64,000 nucleotides of DNA from Octopus sinensis (Eukaryota): the NCBI RefSeq assembly GCF_006345805.1, contig NC_043012.1, positions 2,170,001 to 2,234,000 on the forward strand. Reading direction: 5' to 3'. Position numbers and translations under genes: made by a program. The notes below the pieces were generated by a model. That model was not told where the DNA came from, did no database searches, and saw nothing but the letters and a program-made list of their open reading frames with translations. Shown here one piece after another: positions 25,719-39,357 of the stretch. Each line of letters opens with the position of its first letter. Within the stretch, counting starts at the first letter, position 1.

Positions 25719-26994
25719 TACTACTACTACTATTATTATTATTATTATTATTATTAAAGGCAGTGAGCTGGCAGAATCATTAGCATGTTGGACAAAATGC
25801 TTAGTGGCAATTTGTTTGTCTCTATGTTCTGGGTTCAAATGCTGCCGAGGTCGACTTGCCTTTCACCCTTTAGGGGTCGATATAAATAAGTAAAATAAGA
25901 CATAAAGTTACTCAATATTACTATGGAACCTACAAGGAGGTGAGCTGGCAGAATTATTAGCACGCTGGACGAAATGCTTAGAGGTATTTCACCCGTCACT
26001 ACATTCTGAGTTCATATTGCACCAAGGTCAACTTTACTTTTCATCCATTTGGAGTCGATAAATTAAGTACCAGTCGAGTACTGGGATCGATGTAATCAAC
26101 TATCACCCTCCACCAAATTTATTTCAGGCCTTGTACCTATTATTGAAAGGATCATTATGGAACCTATGGAGAGGCCTTGCGACCAAACACATGAGATAGA
26201 AGATTATGAAGAACTGGTACTTCAAGACAGAAAGAAGCCAATGAACATTGCAGCATAAAAGCAGGCATGCATAAAGGATCACAGTAGTTCCAATAAACCA
26301 ATGACCATTCTTAAATGGATCTTCTGCAACAGAGACTACCCATCATTCCCATGTCGGTATTTTTTCAGTCACAAGCAAAACTGCTTCAGCCAAACAGAAA
26401 TCTAGAACAACAAAAAGTACAACTCCCAGTCGGCCCACAACTGAAAGGGGCCAAAGTATTGGGACCGACTTAATAAACTAACCCCCACTGCCCAACTCCC
26501 TTGAAATTTTTTCTCATGTCTATAGGAGAAATAAAATAATTTTTTTCTATCTTTTCTTTCCTTATTGTTATTTTTTCAACTATTCCGTCCTTCAGCCTAT
26601 CATTCGATTTTTTCCTTTCCCTTTTCTCTCTCTTTTACTTGTTTCAGTCATTTGACTGCGGCCATGCTGGAGCACCGCCTTTAGTCGAGAAACTCGACCC
26701 CGGGACTTATTCTTTGTAAGCCCAGTACTTATTCTATTGGTCTCTTTTTGCCGAACCGCTAAGTGACGGGGACAAACACAGACACACAAACATACACACA
26801 CATACATATATATATATACATATATCTGACAGGCTTCTTTCAGTTTCTGTCTACCAAATCCACTCACAAGGCATTGGTCGGCCCAAGGCTATAGCAGAAG
26901 ACACTTGCCCAAGATGCCACGCAGTGGGACTGAACCCGGACCCATGTGGTTGGTAAGCAAGCTACTTACCACACAGCCACTCCTTTCTTTTATT

Positions 26995-27810
26995 TATTTT
27001 TAAAAATCATTCCTTTTTCACCTTTACTCTTTTTCTTCTTTTTCCCACATTTTCAGTTTTCCTTCTCTATTTCTTTCTTAACTTTCCATCCTTCTTCTCC
27101 CCTTTGTCCATTACTATCCTCCTCATCCTTTCCTTCATTTATTGCTATCCTCCTCTCCACTTTTTTGATTTTCATTCTCATTTCTCTTAATTTCCTTCAT
27201 TGATCTCCTTCAATTCCAACCACTTCAGACTTCTTCCCTACCATTCCATTATTCTATTTTTAGTATTTTTCTAGTTTTTATATTATTTTCTTCTTTGTTT
27301 CTTTCTTCATTCATTTCCTTCCAGTTTGTCTTGATTTCTTTACTTTCATTTGCTTGACTTTTCATTCTTTTTTCTGACTATTTCTTCTTCACATTCATCT
27401 TTTTTCTTTCTTTCTTTCCTTTTTTATTCTATCCAGTTCTTCCTTCTCCTTTATTCTTTTGAAATAAATTTCTTTCTTTCTTTCTTTCTTTCACCTTCTA
27501 ATTATTTGCTTGTTTCTTTTTCCTCAGGCTTTCCTTCTTTCCATTTCATTTACCTTTACTTTTACTTGTCTTTCGTACTTTCTTTCAATTTGTTTATTTA
27601 TTCCTTTCTTTCCATAAATATTTTTTTTTTCCTTTTGCTTTCCTCTGTTTCTCTCTTTCATTTTCATCTCCTTTCTATTTCTTCCTTTTTAAATTCCTTA
27701 CTTTCTATCTACTTCATTCTTTCCATTAAAAGAAAAAAAAAATTTTTTTCATTCTATCCTTCCATACTTTTATCTTTCTCTAATTTATTCTGTCTGCTTT
27801 CACACTAATT
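26995..27810 (+). repeat. Low-complexity pyrimidine-rich (T/C) tract, about 800 bp
   Basis: Strong strand asymmetry with no periodic unit. Confidence 0.85.
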
Positions 27811-28239
27811 CCAGAATATTCCTGTTCAGCAACAATATTCTAAAATCAATTAAGAACAAAATATCAGTTTTTAAAAGCCATTTTTCTTTAAGTATTTCCT
27901 ATTACTATTTCTTGTTTGTTTCATTCGATTTTCTCTTACTGCTGTCTACCTTCCATCTCATACCAAAACTACACTCTCAGATATATTCAGAACTGCAACC
28001 AAGATTTAGCAATACGTTGCTGTTGTGACAGTATTACAGATGCAACATTCTAGTCACACTGCACTGCACCCATACATAACATGCCACATGCTTTGACTGA
28101 CACAATTCATCTCGCATAATATGCGCTGATTGCCAGACTGTGTGACCCACAGTGTATGACCTCACTGTCACATTGTGCATCATACAACAGGACCATACTG
28201 CAACTCACATGTCTTCACTACCAAATTACACCTCATGCA

Positions 28240-28670
28240 GTATTGTCTTTATTACCTTCAATGTACCTTACAATTTGTATCCTCATCACTACATAGTACC
28301 TCACACAATACTGTATTTATTACCTTCAGTGTACCTCACACATTATTGTCTTTATTACCTTTGCTGTACCATATAATTTCTGTCCTCATTATCAAACTGT
28401 ACCTCATAAAATAATGTCTTTATTATTTTCACTGTACCTTACAATTTCTGTCCAAACTGTACCTTACATAATAGTGTTTTTATTACCTCCATTGTACCTT
28501 ACACAAGATACCCTCACTACCACACTGTACCTCAAATAACATATCTTTACCACTACCACTGTACCTCACACAATATGTTCTCACCACCCTACTGTACTTC
28601 ATACATGTCCCCACTATCACGCTGTACCTTGCACATGCTCCCACTACCTACTGTACCTGATACATGTTGT
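28240..28670 (+). repeat. Degenerate ~30-35 bp minisatellite anchored on CTGTACCT
   Basis: About 13 recurrences of (C/A)TGTACCT(C/T)A with related spacers such as CACAATA..TATTACC. Confidence 0.75.
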
Positions 28671-29699
28671 AACCATTCCATCATATCTCATGCAACATAA
28701 CCTCACCAGCACACTGCATCTCACAGAACATCTCATTACTACACCACTCAAACATCACCCCCATTACTACAAAAAGAGGGACCAAAGGTCATTCTTGAAC
28801 AAGGCCAGTTTCCCAGATTCTAATATAGATATATTTCCAGCCAGGACAGGAGGCCAGTTTGTCACAGGATTACTCATTGTTGCCATCTGAGTGGACTGGA
28901 ACAACATGAAATGAAGTGTTTCACTCAAGAACACAACACAGCACCCAGGAATTAAAACTACAATCCTACAATCATAAGTGCAACACTCTAGCCATTAAGC
29001 CATGTGGCTCCACCCTCATCACCACACTGTACTTTATGTTCTAAATACCCCAGTGTATTTCTCACAGCATATCCTCATTACCACATGGTAATAAAACATG
29101 TCCTTATTGCCACATAGTACTCTCTCTCTCTCTTTTTTACTCTTTTACTTGTTTCAGTCATTTGACTGCGGCCATGCTGGCGCACTGCCTTTATTCGAGC
29201 AAATCGACCCCAGGACTTATTCATTGTAAGCCTAGTATTATTCTACTGGGCTCCTTTTACCGAACTGCTAAGTTACAGGGACATCAGCATCGGTTGTTAA
29301 GCGATGTTGGGGGGGGGGACAAACACAGACACGCAAACATACACACACACATATATATACACATATATACGATGGGCTTCTTTCGGTTTCTGTCTACCAA
29401 ATCCACTCATGAGGCTTTGGTCGGCCCAAGGCTATAGTAGAAGGCACTTGCCCAAGGTGCCACGCAGTGGGACTGAACCCGGAACCATGTGGCTCGTAAG
29501 CAAGCAACTTACCACACAGCCACTCCTATGCCTAGTACTTCATATATTTCTTACCTATCATTCTGTAATAAATACATATCCAAATTACCACTTATAAATG
29601 TTTTGAGCATCACACTGCAAAGGTATTCCATAAATATGACCACCTCACCTCAGTACAATCTTGATATTTTCTTACTTTATTATTTCTGTAAGACCTAAA

Positions 29700-30660
29700 A
29701 GCAGTGAGCTGGCAGAATCGTTAGCACGCTTCACAAAATGCTTAGCAGCATTTCTCCTGTATTTATGTCCTGGGTTCAAATTCCACAGAGGTCAAGTTTG
29801 CCGTTCATTCTTTCGGGATCAATGAAATAAGTACCAGTTGAACAGTAGGATGAATGTAATTTACTAGATCCCCTCCCCTGAAATTACTGTCCTTGTGCCA
29901 AAATTTGAAATTAATATCATTTTAAGAGCTGTGAGCTGGCAAAATTGTTAGCGTGCTGGAAAAAAAAAATCTTAGCAGTATTTCAGTTGTCTTTACATTC
30001 TGAGTTCAAATTCCATCATGGTAAACTTTGCCTTTCATCCTTTCAGGATCGATGAAATGAGTATCAGTTGAACACCAAGATCAATGTAATTGACTGGATC
30101 CCTCTCTTGCAATCCCTGTCCTTGTGCCAAAATTTGAAATCAATATCAGTTTAAGAGCTGTGAGCTGGCAAAATGCTTAGCAGCATTTCACTTGTCTCTA
30201 CATTCTGAGATCAAATTCCGTCAAGATCAACTTTGCCTTTCGTCCTTTCGGGGGTGTGTACTTGTAACCCTCAGTGTTTAACTGGGGTGGAAGGATGGGG
30301 GAGTAGTAGAGAGCTCCAGGGGTAATGATAGAGGCGAACAGCATTGTGGAGGGGAGCTAGATCTAAGAGGTAACAACAGGATGGTGGTGGGTGCTGTGGA
30401 GTGGGGTCGATGTAATCAACTTGACCCTCTCCTGAAATTTCTGGCCTTGTGCCAAAATTTGAAACCACTATTACTCTGAGACCTAAGGCGGTGAGTTGGC
30501 AGAATCATCAGCATGTCAGACAAAAGGTTCTGAGTTCAAATTCTGCTTAAGTCAAATTTGCCTTTCATCCTTTTGGAGTCAATGAAATAAATACCAGTTG
30601 ATCACTGGGGTAGATGTTATCAATTAGCCCCTCCTCACAAAATTTCAGACCTTGTACCTA
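29700..30660 (+). mobile_element. Cluster of four to five head-to-tail SINE family A copies
   Basis: Repeated GTGAGCTGGCA...GAGTTCAAATT...AGTACCAGTTGA units. Confidence 0.8.
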
Positions 30661-30924
30661 TAGTAAAAATGCTTATTAATGTGAGACCTAGCTTCACTCC
30701 ACATACAGCATCTACCATTCAAACAATACCTAGCTCCACCCTATAACTCTCACACACCCCAGTAATATTCCTAGATCTACCTCCACTCCACAGCACTCAC
30801 CACCACCCTATTATTACCCTCTAGATCTATCTCCCCTCCACAACACCATCGTTACCCCTAGAGCTCTTTACTACTGCCCCCCTCCTTCCATCCCAGTTAA
30901 ACACCCGGGGTCACAAGTACACAC
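30254..30924. repeat. Inverted repeat pair with ~150-bp arms (30254-30405 and 30782-30924)
   Basis: gtgtgtacttgtaaccc...gtggagtgggg is the reverse complement, with mismatches, of ctccactccacagc...ggtcacaagtacacac. Confidence 0.8.
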
Positions 30925-31059
30925 ACGAAACAGTGTTACAGACACCAACAACAGTCAGTACCAGTTCATAGATTTACTAAATCTCATTGTTGTCTCTATT
31001 GATTTTCACCAATTCAAACATTTACAATGTTTGTACCAATGTAATAAACCGACAGTTAC

Positions 31060-31410
31060 TGACGCCACCGCCACAACCACCATCATCATCACCGCCGCCA
31101 CTGTCGCCGCCGCCGCCACCACCACCACCACCGCCACCACCACCACCACCACCACCATCACCATCACCACCATCATCATCATCATCATCATCGCAACTGC
31201 CATCATCACTACTATTAACGTCATCCCACCACTACCATCACTTCTACTACTGTCCCCACCATCGCTGCAGCCACCACCGCTGCCACCACCACCATCATCA
31301 TGACTATTAGCATCACCTCCCACCACCACCACCACCAACAACTGCCACTGCTGCCATTGTCATCCACCTTACATTGCCCTTCCCCACCCCACTACTACTA
31401 CTACTACAGC
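31060..31410. repeat. (CAC/CCG/CAT)n compound trinucleotide repeat
   Basis: Directly visible; source of the poly-P/T/H/V pseudo-ORFs. Confidence 0.9.
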
Positions 31411-33622
31411 TTCAATGGTATATATTTTATTTTAAACAAAATGCATGGTGACTGTGGTTTCTAAGTTTCACTGATGGTAGCTCACCACACAGTATTATGC
31501 AATATAATAATTATACAACATAATGATAATAAAAATAATAGTTGAATGTTGTATACATTTTTTTTTTGTTTTTTTAGTTCTTTAGCTGTAGCACTGCTTT
31601 CATAACAAAAGCTTTTCTTTTTAATTTTTCTAAAGAAAATTAAGAAAAAAAAGACCCTTTATATTCAAATGCAACCAAGTTAGAGTTCATCGTTCTTTTA
31701 AAACTATAGGCCAATAAAACTAAAGGCCTAGTTAATTGTTGTGTTTAGCAGGGAGAAGGTGGAAGAGGTCAATGTAAAAACCTGGACCTTCCTCTAAAAC
31801 TCACGGCCCTGTACTTATGTAAAAACCATACCAAAGCAGACTATGGAGCTCAGCACAGCCCTCTGGTTCATTGGTTCCAGTTGAACCATCAAACCCAAAA
31901 CAGCTTGGAAAATGGATGTTAAATGACGATGATGATGATGATGAGTAAAAAAGCATGCTTAGCAGCATTTTGTCTGTCTTTACATTACGTTCTGAGTTCA
32001 AATCCTGCCAAGGTCAACTTTGCCTTTCATCCTTCCAGGGTCAATAAGATCAGTACCAGTCAAGTACTGGAGTCGATGTAATCAAATACCCACTTTTTCC
32101 AAAATTTTAGGCCTTGTGCCTTTAGCAGAAAGGATTATTATTATTATGATGATTGAAGGCAGCAAAGGGGCAAGCTGGCAGAAACTTTTGGAGTTGATAA
32201 ATAAAGTACCAGTTGTGTACTGGGGTCGATCTAATCAAATGGCCTCCTCCCCAGAAATTTCAGGCCTTGTGCCTAGAGTAGAAAAAAAAATTAATGGCAG
32301 TGAGCTGGCAGAAATGTTAGCATGCTGGGCGAATGCTTAGTAGTATTTCGCTTGTCTTTACATTCTGAGTTCAAATTCCACCAAGGTCGACTTTGCCTTT
32401 CATCCTTTTGAGGTCAGTAAATAAAGTACCAGTTGCAACTAGGGTCAATCTAATCGACTGGAAAGTTACAGGGACATATACAAGTAAAAACTGGTTGTTA
32501 AGCACACACAATACACATACATATATATGTGATGGGCTTCTTTCAGTTTCCATCTATCAAATCCATTTACAAGGTTCTGGTCAGCCTGAGGCTACAGTAG
32601 AAGACACTTGCCCACCATGCCATGATGTGGGACTGAACCCAGAACCATGTATTTGGGAAGCAAACTTCTTACCACACAGTAGCACCTGTGCCTATACTTT
32701 TATTCTTTTACCTGGTTCAGTCATTTGTCAGTGGCCATGCCAGAACATTACCTTAAAGGGGTTTTATTAGAAGAAATCGACCCCAGGACTTATTTGTTGT
32801 AAGCCTATTAATCTCTTTTGCTGAACTGCTAAGTTACAGGGACGTAAACGCACCAACATCAGTTGTCAAGGATGGTGGGGGAACAAGTATAGACACAAAG
32901 ACACACACACACACACATATGTATATAACAGGCTTCTTTCAGTTTCCATCTACCAAGTCCACTCACAAAGTTTTGATCGGCTCAAGGCTATAGTAGAAGA
33001 CACTTGTCCAAGGTGCCATGCAGTGGGAGTGAACCCGGAACCATGTGGTTGGGAAGCAAGTTTCTTACTACATAGTCATGCCTGCACCTATGATAGAAAT
33101 ATTTTTTAAAATATTTTATTGAACCCATGACAAACCTGGGAAAGACAAACCCAGCTGAAATGACATTCGAACTCGAAATATAATGAACAGAGAATAAAAT
33201 GCCATAAAGCAATTGATCAACACTCTACCATCTTCACTTCTTTTATTAATTTACCTGGTTTACCTAAGAAATACAGTCAAATAATTATCCAATACTTGAT
33301 CAACACAGAAAGGTACAAAGAGAAAATGATCAATGAAACAAAAAAAACTGCAGCAAGGAAGAAAATTTGGAAGAATAATATGAATGACGTCTGTCTGTAG
33401 GAAGAAAATGAATAAAATTTGAAGGAAAATAAATGAGAATATAGACTTATTCTCAATAAAAGAGTTTGGAGGAATTTGAAATGAACAGGAAGGAATTTTG
33501 ACTGAAACCCTCTGACATTGTATTGTCTTTGCAATGTAATGTTTTGCTTCTTTGTTTCCAAACAAAATACAGTGTCTAAAAATACATGTATATGTGCGCT
33601 TGTGCACACATGTGTGTGTGTG

Positions 33623-33662
<40 letters not shown>

Positions 33663-34154
33663 TGTCTGTGTGTGTGTGCATACACACGCCTGTGTCTGTA
33701 ACTGGAGATATGGTCATAAGTCTAACTATACATAATGACAAACACATACATATACATAGTTACACACATGCATATACACACGCGTATGTATATCTATCCC
33801 ACATGTGTATACACATGTGTGTGTGTATATGTACATATATATATGTGTGTGTGTGTGCATAGAAGCATGCACACACAGACGTAGACACACACAGAGGACA
33901 TGTTCTCAATTTCTATGATGGTGAAATTAAGTTTGAAACAGTAACAATGTATCAGAATTAATAGGTTTCCTACATTACAGCTTCAAGCAACATATTAACT
34001 GGTATCTTTTGCACTGGAGTGATTATTATACTATTGTCAGTGACTACATCAGTGACACATTACATAAATACACACACACACAAACATACATATGTTTATG
34101 TATATGTGTACGTATATATATATTGGAAGGTTTGGAGATGATGTACAGGTATTT

Positions 34155-34442
34155 TATATTAGAAGAAATGAGGTACTCAGAATTTCGGATGGTTTTATAT
34201 TTACAGATATTTATTTGTATATTACATGTTTTTATACACCATATAACTTAGATCATATATTAGTGCTTTCTCCCATTCTAGTGGGGTTTTCAAATCGAAC
34301 TGTTCGGTTTGAAAACCCCACTAGAATGGGAGAAAGCACTAATATATGATCTAAGTTATATGGTGTATAAAAACATGTAATATACAAATAAATATCTGTA
34401 AATATAAAACCATCCGAAATTCTGAGTACCTCATTTCTTCTA

Positions 34443-34447
<5 letters not shown>
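34155..34447. repeat. 293-bp near-perfect palindrome (fold-back or MITE-like element)
   Basis: 146-bp arms around a single T at 34301. On manual comparison I found one mismatch (T34295/G34307). Confidence 0.95.
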
Positions 34448-34474
<27 letters not shown>

Positions 34475-34513
34475 GTATATATATATATGTATATATATAT
34501 GTATATATATATG

Positions 34514-34544
<31 letters not shown>

Positions 34545-34545
<1 letters not shown>

Positions 34546-34782
34546 GAGGCGCGTGGCTTAATGGTTAGGGTGTCAGCATCATGATCGTAAGATTGTGGTT
34601 TCGATTTTGGGACCGGGCGATGTGTTGTGTCCTTGAGCAAAGCACTTCATTACACGTTGCTCCAGTCCACTCAGCTGGCAAAAATGAGTAACACAGCGAT
34701 GGACTGGTGTCCTGTTCAGCTGGGGAACACATACGCCATTAAAACTGGGCCCATGAGCCTGGCTAGGCTTTAAAAGGGTGCA

Positions 34783-34785
<3 letters not shown>
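34545..34785 (+). mobile_element. tRNA-derived SINE, third family (GGAGGCGCGTGGCTTAATGGTTAGG...GTGTCCTTGAGCAAAGCACTT)
   Basis: A and B boxes followed by the TGTGTCCTTGAGCAA.GCACT core widespread in metazoan SINEs. Decayed relatives lie at 13510-13710, 46210-46450 and 56255-56350. Confidence 0.75.
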
Positions 34786-34836
<51 letters not shown>

Positions 34837-34889
34837 TATATATATACACATTCACACACGCATACACACACCTATATATATATATATAT

Positions 34890-35810
34890 ATCATCATTAT
34901 CATTTAACATCTATTGTCCATGCTGGCATGGGTTGGACAGTTTGACTGGGCTGGCATGCTGGGAAGCTGCACCAGACTCCAGTCTGATTTGGCATGGTTT
35001 TCTACAGTGTGATACCCTTCCTAATACCAGCCACTCCAAGAGTGTAATGGGTGCCACTACCTCGATGAAGCCCAACACTCAAAAGGAACTCAGCCAGTTT
35101 GCCTCTGTGAGGCCGAACACTCGAAGGAACTCAGCCACTTTGCTTCCATGAGGCCCAATGCTTGAAAGGAACTCTGCCACTTTGCATCTATGAGGCCCAA
35201 TGTTCAAAAGATGTTCTTTACGTGTCACCAGTACAGGTGCACTTGACTTGATGGGTCTGCTCAAGCACAGCACATCACCAAAGGTCTCGGTCACCAGTCA
35301 TTGCCTTTGTGAGGCTCAAAGTTTAAAGATCATGCTTCACCACCTCATCCCATGTCTTCCTGGGTCTACTTCTACCACAAGTTCCCTCCACAGATAAAGA
35401 TTAGCGTTTCTTTACACAGCTGTCCCCATCCATATGCATCACATGACCATGCCAGTGCAGTTGTCTCTCTTGCACACCACATCTGATTCCTCTTATGCCT
35501 AACTTTTCTTTCAAGATGCTTACACTCTGTCGAACATGCACACTGACATTGCACATCCAGCGAAGCATACTGGCTCCATTTCACTCAAGCCTACGTATGT
35601 CCTTGGCTGTCACAGCTCATGTTTCACTGCCATCGAGCATACCTGTTTGCACACAGGCATCAAACAATCTGCCTTTCACTCTGAGAGAGAGGTCCTCCGT
35701 TGCCAGAAGGAGCAGGAGCTCTCTGAACTTTGCCTTGCCTAATCTTATTCTCACAGCTATGCTCTCCAAGCATCCACCTCCACTACCAACTCGATCACCT
35801 AAATAATGCA
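34890..35810 (-). mobile_element. RTE-clade LINE 3' fragment with 33-bp tandem repeats in the UTR (35065-35210)
   Basis: YLGDRVGSGGGCLESIAVRIRLGKAKFRELL...GSETWAVT...MLRWMCNVS...RRL.W.GHV...EGTCGRSRPRKTWDEVVKHDL, followed by the UTR and (GAT)n tail. Confidence 0.92.
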
Positions 35811-36284
35811 AAACAAATATATAAACGTAACATTTTGAGGATATTTTTTCAATAGTTATTGTACAATAAGCATTAATTTTTACAATCTATTATAGATTTC
35901 TTCCCTGGGGATGGGGAAGAAACATTTTTCGTTTCAAGCTATGCCAAGGTTTATCTTTACATAAGGAAGTTTTGCCTAATATCTCTGTTATAAAAATGAA
36001 AGGGTTTGCCGCTTTGATAAGACTGACATATTGAATGTATAATTATTTCAAGGGAGAATTTGGCCAAGAGGATTGTAGGCTTTGAGTAGGTCTGGGAAAG
36101 TAATTTACCATCTATTTAGAATATGGTTCCACACTGCAAACATTATTCCACTGGAACTGTCATTATTTAACTGTGGCCAGCTCTACATGCTATTATTTAT
36201 TTTTTTTTCCACATGACTTTGTACAACAGTGATTAAATTTTTATTGATTTTACCCTTATAAATGAGCATTTATAAATGAGCATA

Positions 36285-36725
36285 TAGCATTGCATGCTAT
36301 ATGAATTCAAAAGGGGCTCTTCAGCATTGGAAGCAGCAAAGTTTATTTGTTTGGTCTATAGAAATGAAGTTTTAAGTATCCAGACATACCAACAACGGTT
36401 TGGCCAGTTTAACTTGGGAAAATTTTTGCTGGTACAAACAATCTCCTCAATGTGGCTGACCAAGTTTTGTCAATATTAAAAATTCTAAAAACTGTAGTTG
36501 AGGAAAATTCAAAGCAAACTGCATGAAAAATTAGCAAAACAGTTCAATTCATGTCACTCTTTGGTCACAAAACACCTTCAGGAACAAGGAAAAGTGTCTG
36601 AACTTGGTCAGTGGGTCCCTCATTATCTGATTGCTTCTCCACTTAATCAAACAGTTGTCTTCTACTCGTTATTGAAGAGTAAACTTGCTACCAAAACTTT
36701 CCTTGTGTTAATTCTACCCAGGTGA
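36285..36725 (+). mobile_element. mariner (Mos1/Hsmar-like) transposase N-terminal remnant
   Basis: MLYEFKRGSSALEAAKFICLVY... and EKLAKQFNSCHSLVTKHLQEQGKVSELGQWVPH, carrying the WVPH motif; frameshifted. Confidence 0.85.
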
Positions 36726-36958
36726 AAAATCAGTTCTCTGTAATTATATTAAATACTATATATATATTGTAGCAATATTCCAATGTAAATTTATATTGTT
36801 TTAATTCTCAGTTTGATGAATTACTAATGGGAGATGTCATACATGTTTTTCTACATGTATACCTTTGTAGCTTCTATTGGTAATAAACACATATATAATT
36901 CAGAATAAGTAAGATCAAAGTTTTTCAAATTTTTATTTTGATATATATATATACACAT

Positions 36959-37001
<43 letters not shown>

Positions 37002-37005
37002 ACAC

Positions 37006-37084
<79 letters not shown>

Positions 37085-37795
37085 TCATCATCATCGTTTA
37101 GCATCCGCTTTCCATGCTGGCATGGGTTGGACGGTTCAACTGAGGTCTGGGAAGCCAGAAGGCTGCACCAGGCCTAGTCTGATCTGGCAATGTTTCTACG
37201 GCTGGATGCCCTTCCTAACGCCAACCACTCCATGAGTGTAGTGGGTGCTTTTTACGTGCCACCTGCACAGGTGCCAGGCAAGGTTGGCAAACGGCCATGA
37301 TCGGATGGTGCTTTTTACATGCTACCGGCACGGAGGCCAGTCGGAGCAGCGCTGGCAAGGGCCACGTTCAGATGGTTCTCTATATATATACATAAATTTA
37401 AATATACACACACACTCATACATATACTATACATACATGCATACATACATATACACACACACAAAATACATATAAATTTAAATATACACACACACTCATA
37501 TATATATATGTATTTATATATACACACATCCACACATATACTATACATACATACATACATACATACACATATGTATATATATACAGACACACACATACAC
37601 ACAATGTATGAGTAGATAACATATTCTACCAGTTGGTGTGATATTATTATCATCATCATTACCTCTGTCACTTCCCCATCGTATATTCACAGACACACAC
37701 GCACATGCGTGTGGATATATATATATATATATATATATATCATCATCATCAACATCATCATCATCGTTTAGTGTCCGATGATGATGATGATGATG

Positions 37796-37850
<55 letters not shown>

Positions 37851-37891
37851 TGTATATATTTATGTATGCATATATAACCTCACAGCATGTG

Positions 37892-37923
<32 letters not shown>

Positions 37924-38347
37924 TACATAGACAGAGAATACATATACACAAACACACACTTGATTCATCTTGCTTCAATGGAAACTTCCTCAGATATTCA
38001 AGTTTAATATCAGATGTTGATACCCTTTTCCTACCCTGCTCCATACATACAGACGTGGCAGGGAATAGGAGGTCATGCATCATGGTGTGGTAATTATATA
38101 TTCAATATGTCGAACAGACATATCAAAGCGGCAAACCCTTTCATTTCCATAACAGAGATATAGAAGTAAATAGGCAAAACTTCATTATGTAAAGATAAAC
38201 CTTGGCATAGCTTGAAAAGAAAAATGTTTCTTCCCCCATCCCCCAGGGGAGAAATCTATAACTTTGCTTAATATAATAAAGATTGAGTAATGGTTTCTGT
38301 GTGTGTGTGTGTACAGAGATATATACACACATATATACATATATCAG

Positions 38348-38435
<88 letters not shown>

Positions 38436-38513
38436 GAGAGACAGACAGACAGACAGATAGATAAAAAGATAAATACAAAGTTGCATATGTATGTATACTT
38501 ATATGATGATATA

Positions 38514-38553
<40 letters not shown>

Positions 38554-38615
38554 CACACATACATACATACATACATATGCAACTTTATATTTGTTTATTT
38601 ATCTATCTATCTATA

Positions 38616-38663
<48 letters not shown>

Positions 38664-39357
38664 ATATACATTATAACAAAATCTGGCATATATATATTAT
38701 ATATATATGTGTATACTTCTGTTCACATATATATGTATGTAGGTAGGTGGGTGGGTGGGTAGGTAGGTAGACAGATATTTACTATGACAGTTTTTCAGCA
38801 GAGTTGGCCACAATTAAATAACAACAGTTCCAACAGAGCAATGTTTGCAAGGTGGAACTAAATTCCAAACAGAAGGTAGATTACTTTACCAGACTTTTAC
38901 TCAAAGCCTACACTCCACTCAACCAAATTCTCCCCAGAGGTTTCAAATCTGAAGCCAAAACAAGGTGACTTGGTCCAAACAAACCATTCCTCTGCTTCAA
39001 TTTGAATTGCAACATTGAATTTCTATCGAAGCAACAAAAAGCACAACAACAATAACAACAACAACAACAAGAGCAAAAGCAAAACAACACAAGAAACAAT
39101 TATAACTAGAGTGAAAACAATTGCTGCATATAAATGTATATGATATGATCTATACACACACACATGCACATACACACACATGCACATACATTGACGTGTA
39201 CACACAAACACACACAAAAAATTATACACAAATGTACAGGTTCCCACAGGTACACACATCAAAATGCACACATTCTCAAGAGTACACATGCATATGTGTA
39301 CACAGTCTCTCTCTCTCTCACTCTCACACACACACACACACACATATGTACATCATC

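Noticed and set aside
28240-28670. Repeat-spacer appearance suggesting a CRISPR array (also at 51470-52215)
   Set aside because: The spacers are related to one another and the units are degenerate, the context is eukaryotic, and there are no cas genes. These are minisatellites.
34545-34620. tRNA-like sequences (also at 41995-42075, 43965-44029 and 54325-54400)
   Set aside because: They lack a closed acceptor stem and continue into repeat bodies, so they are SINE heads rather than tRNA genes.
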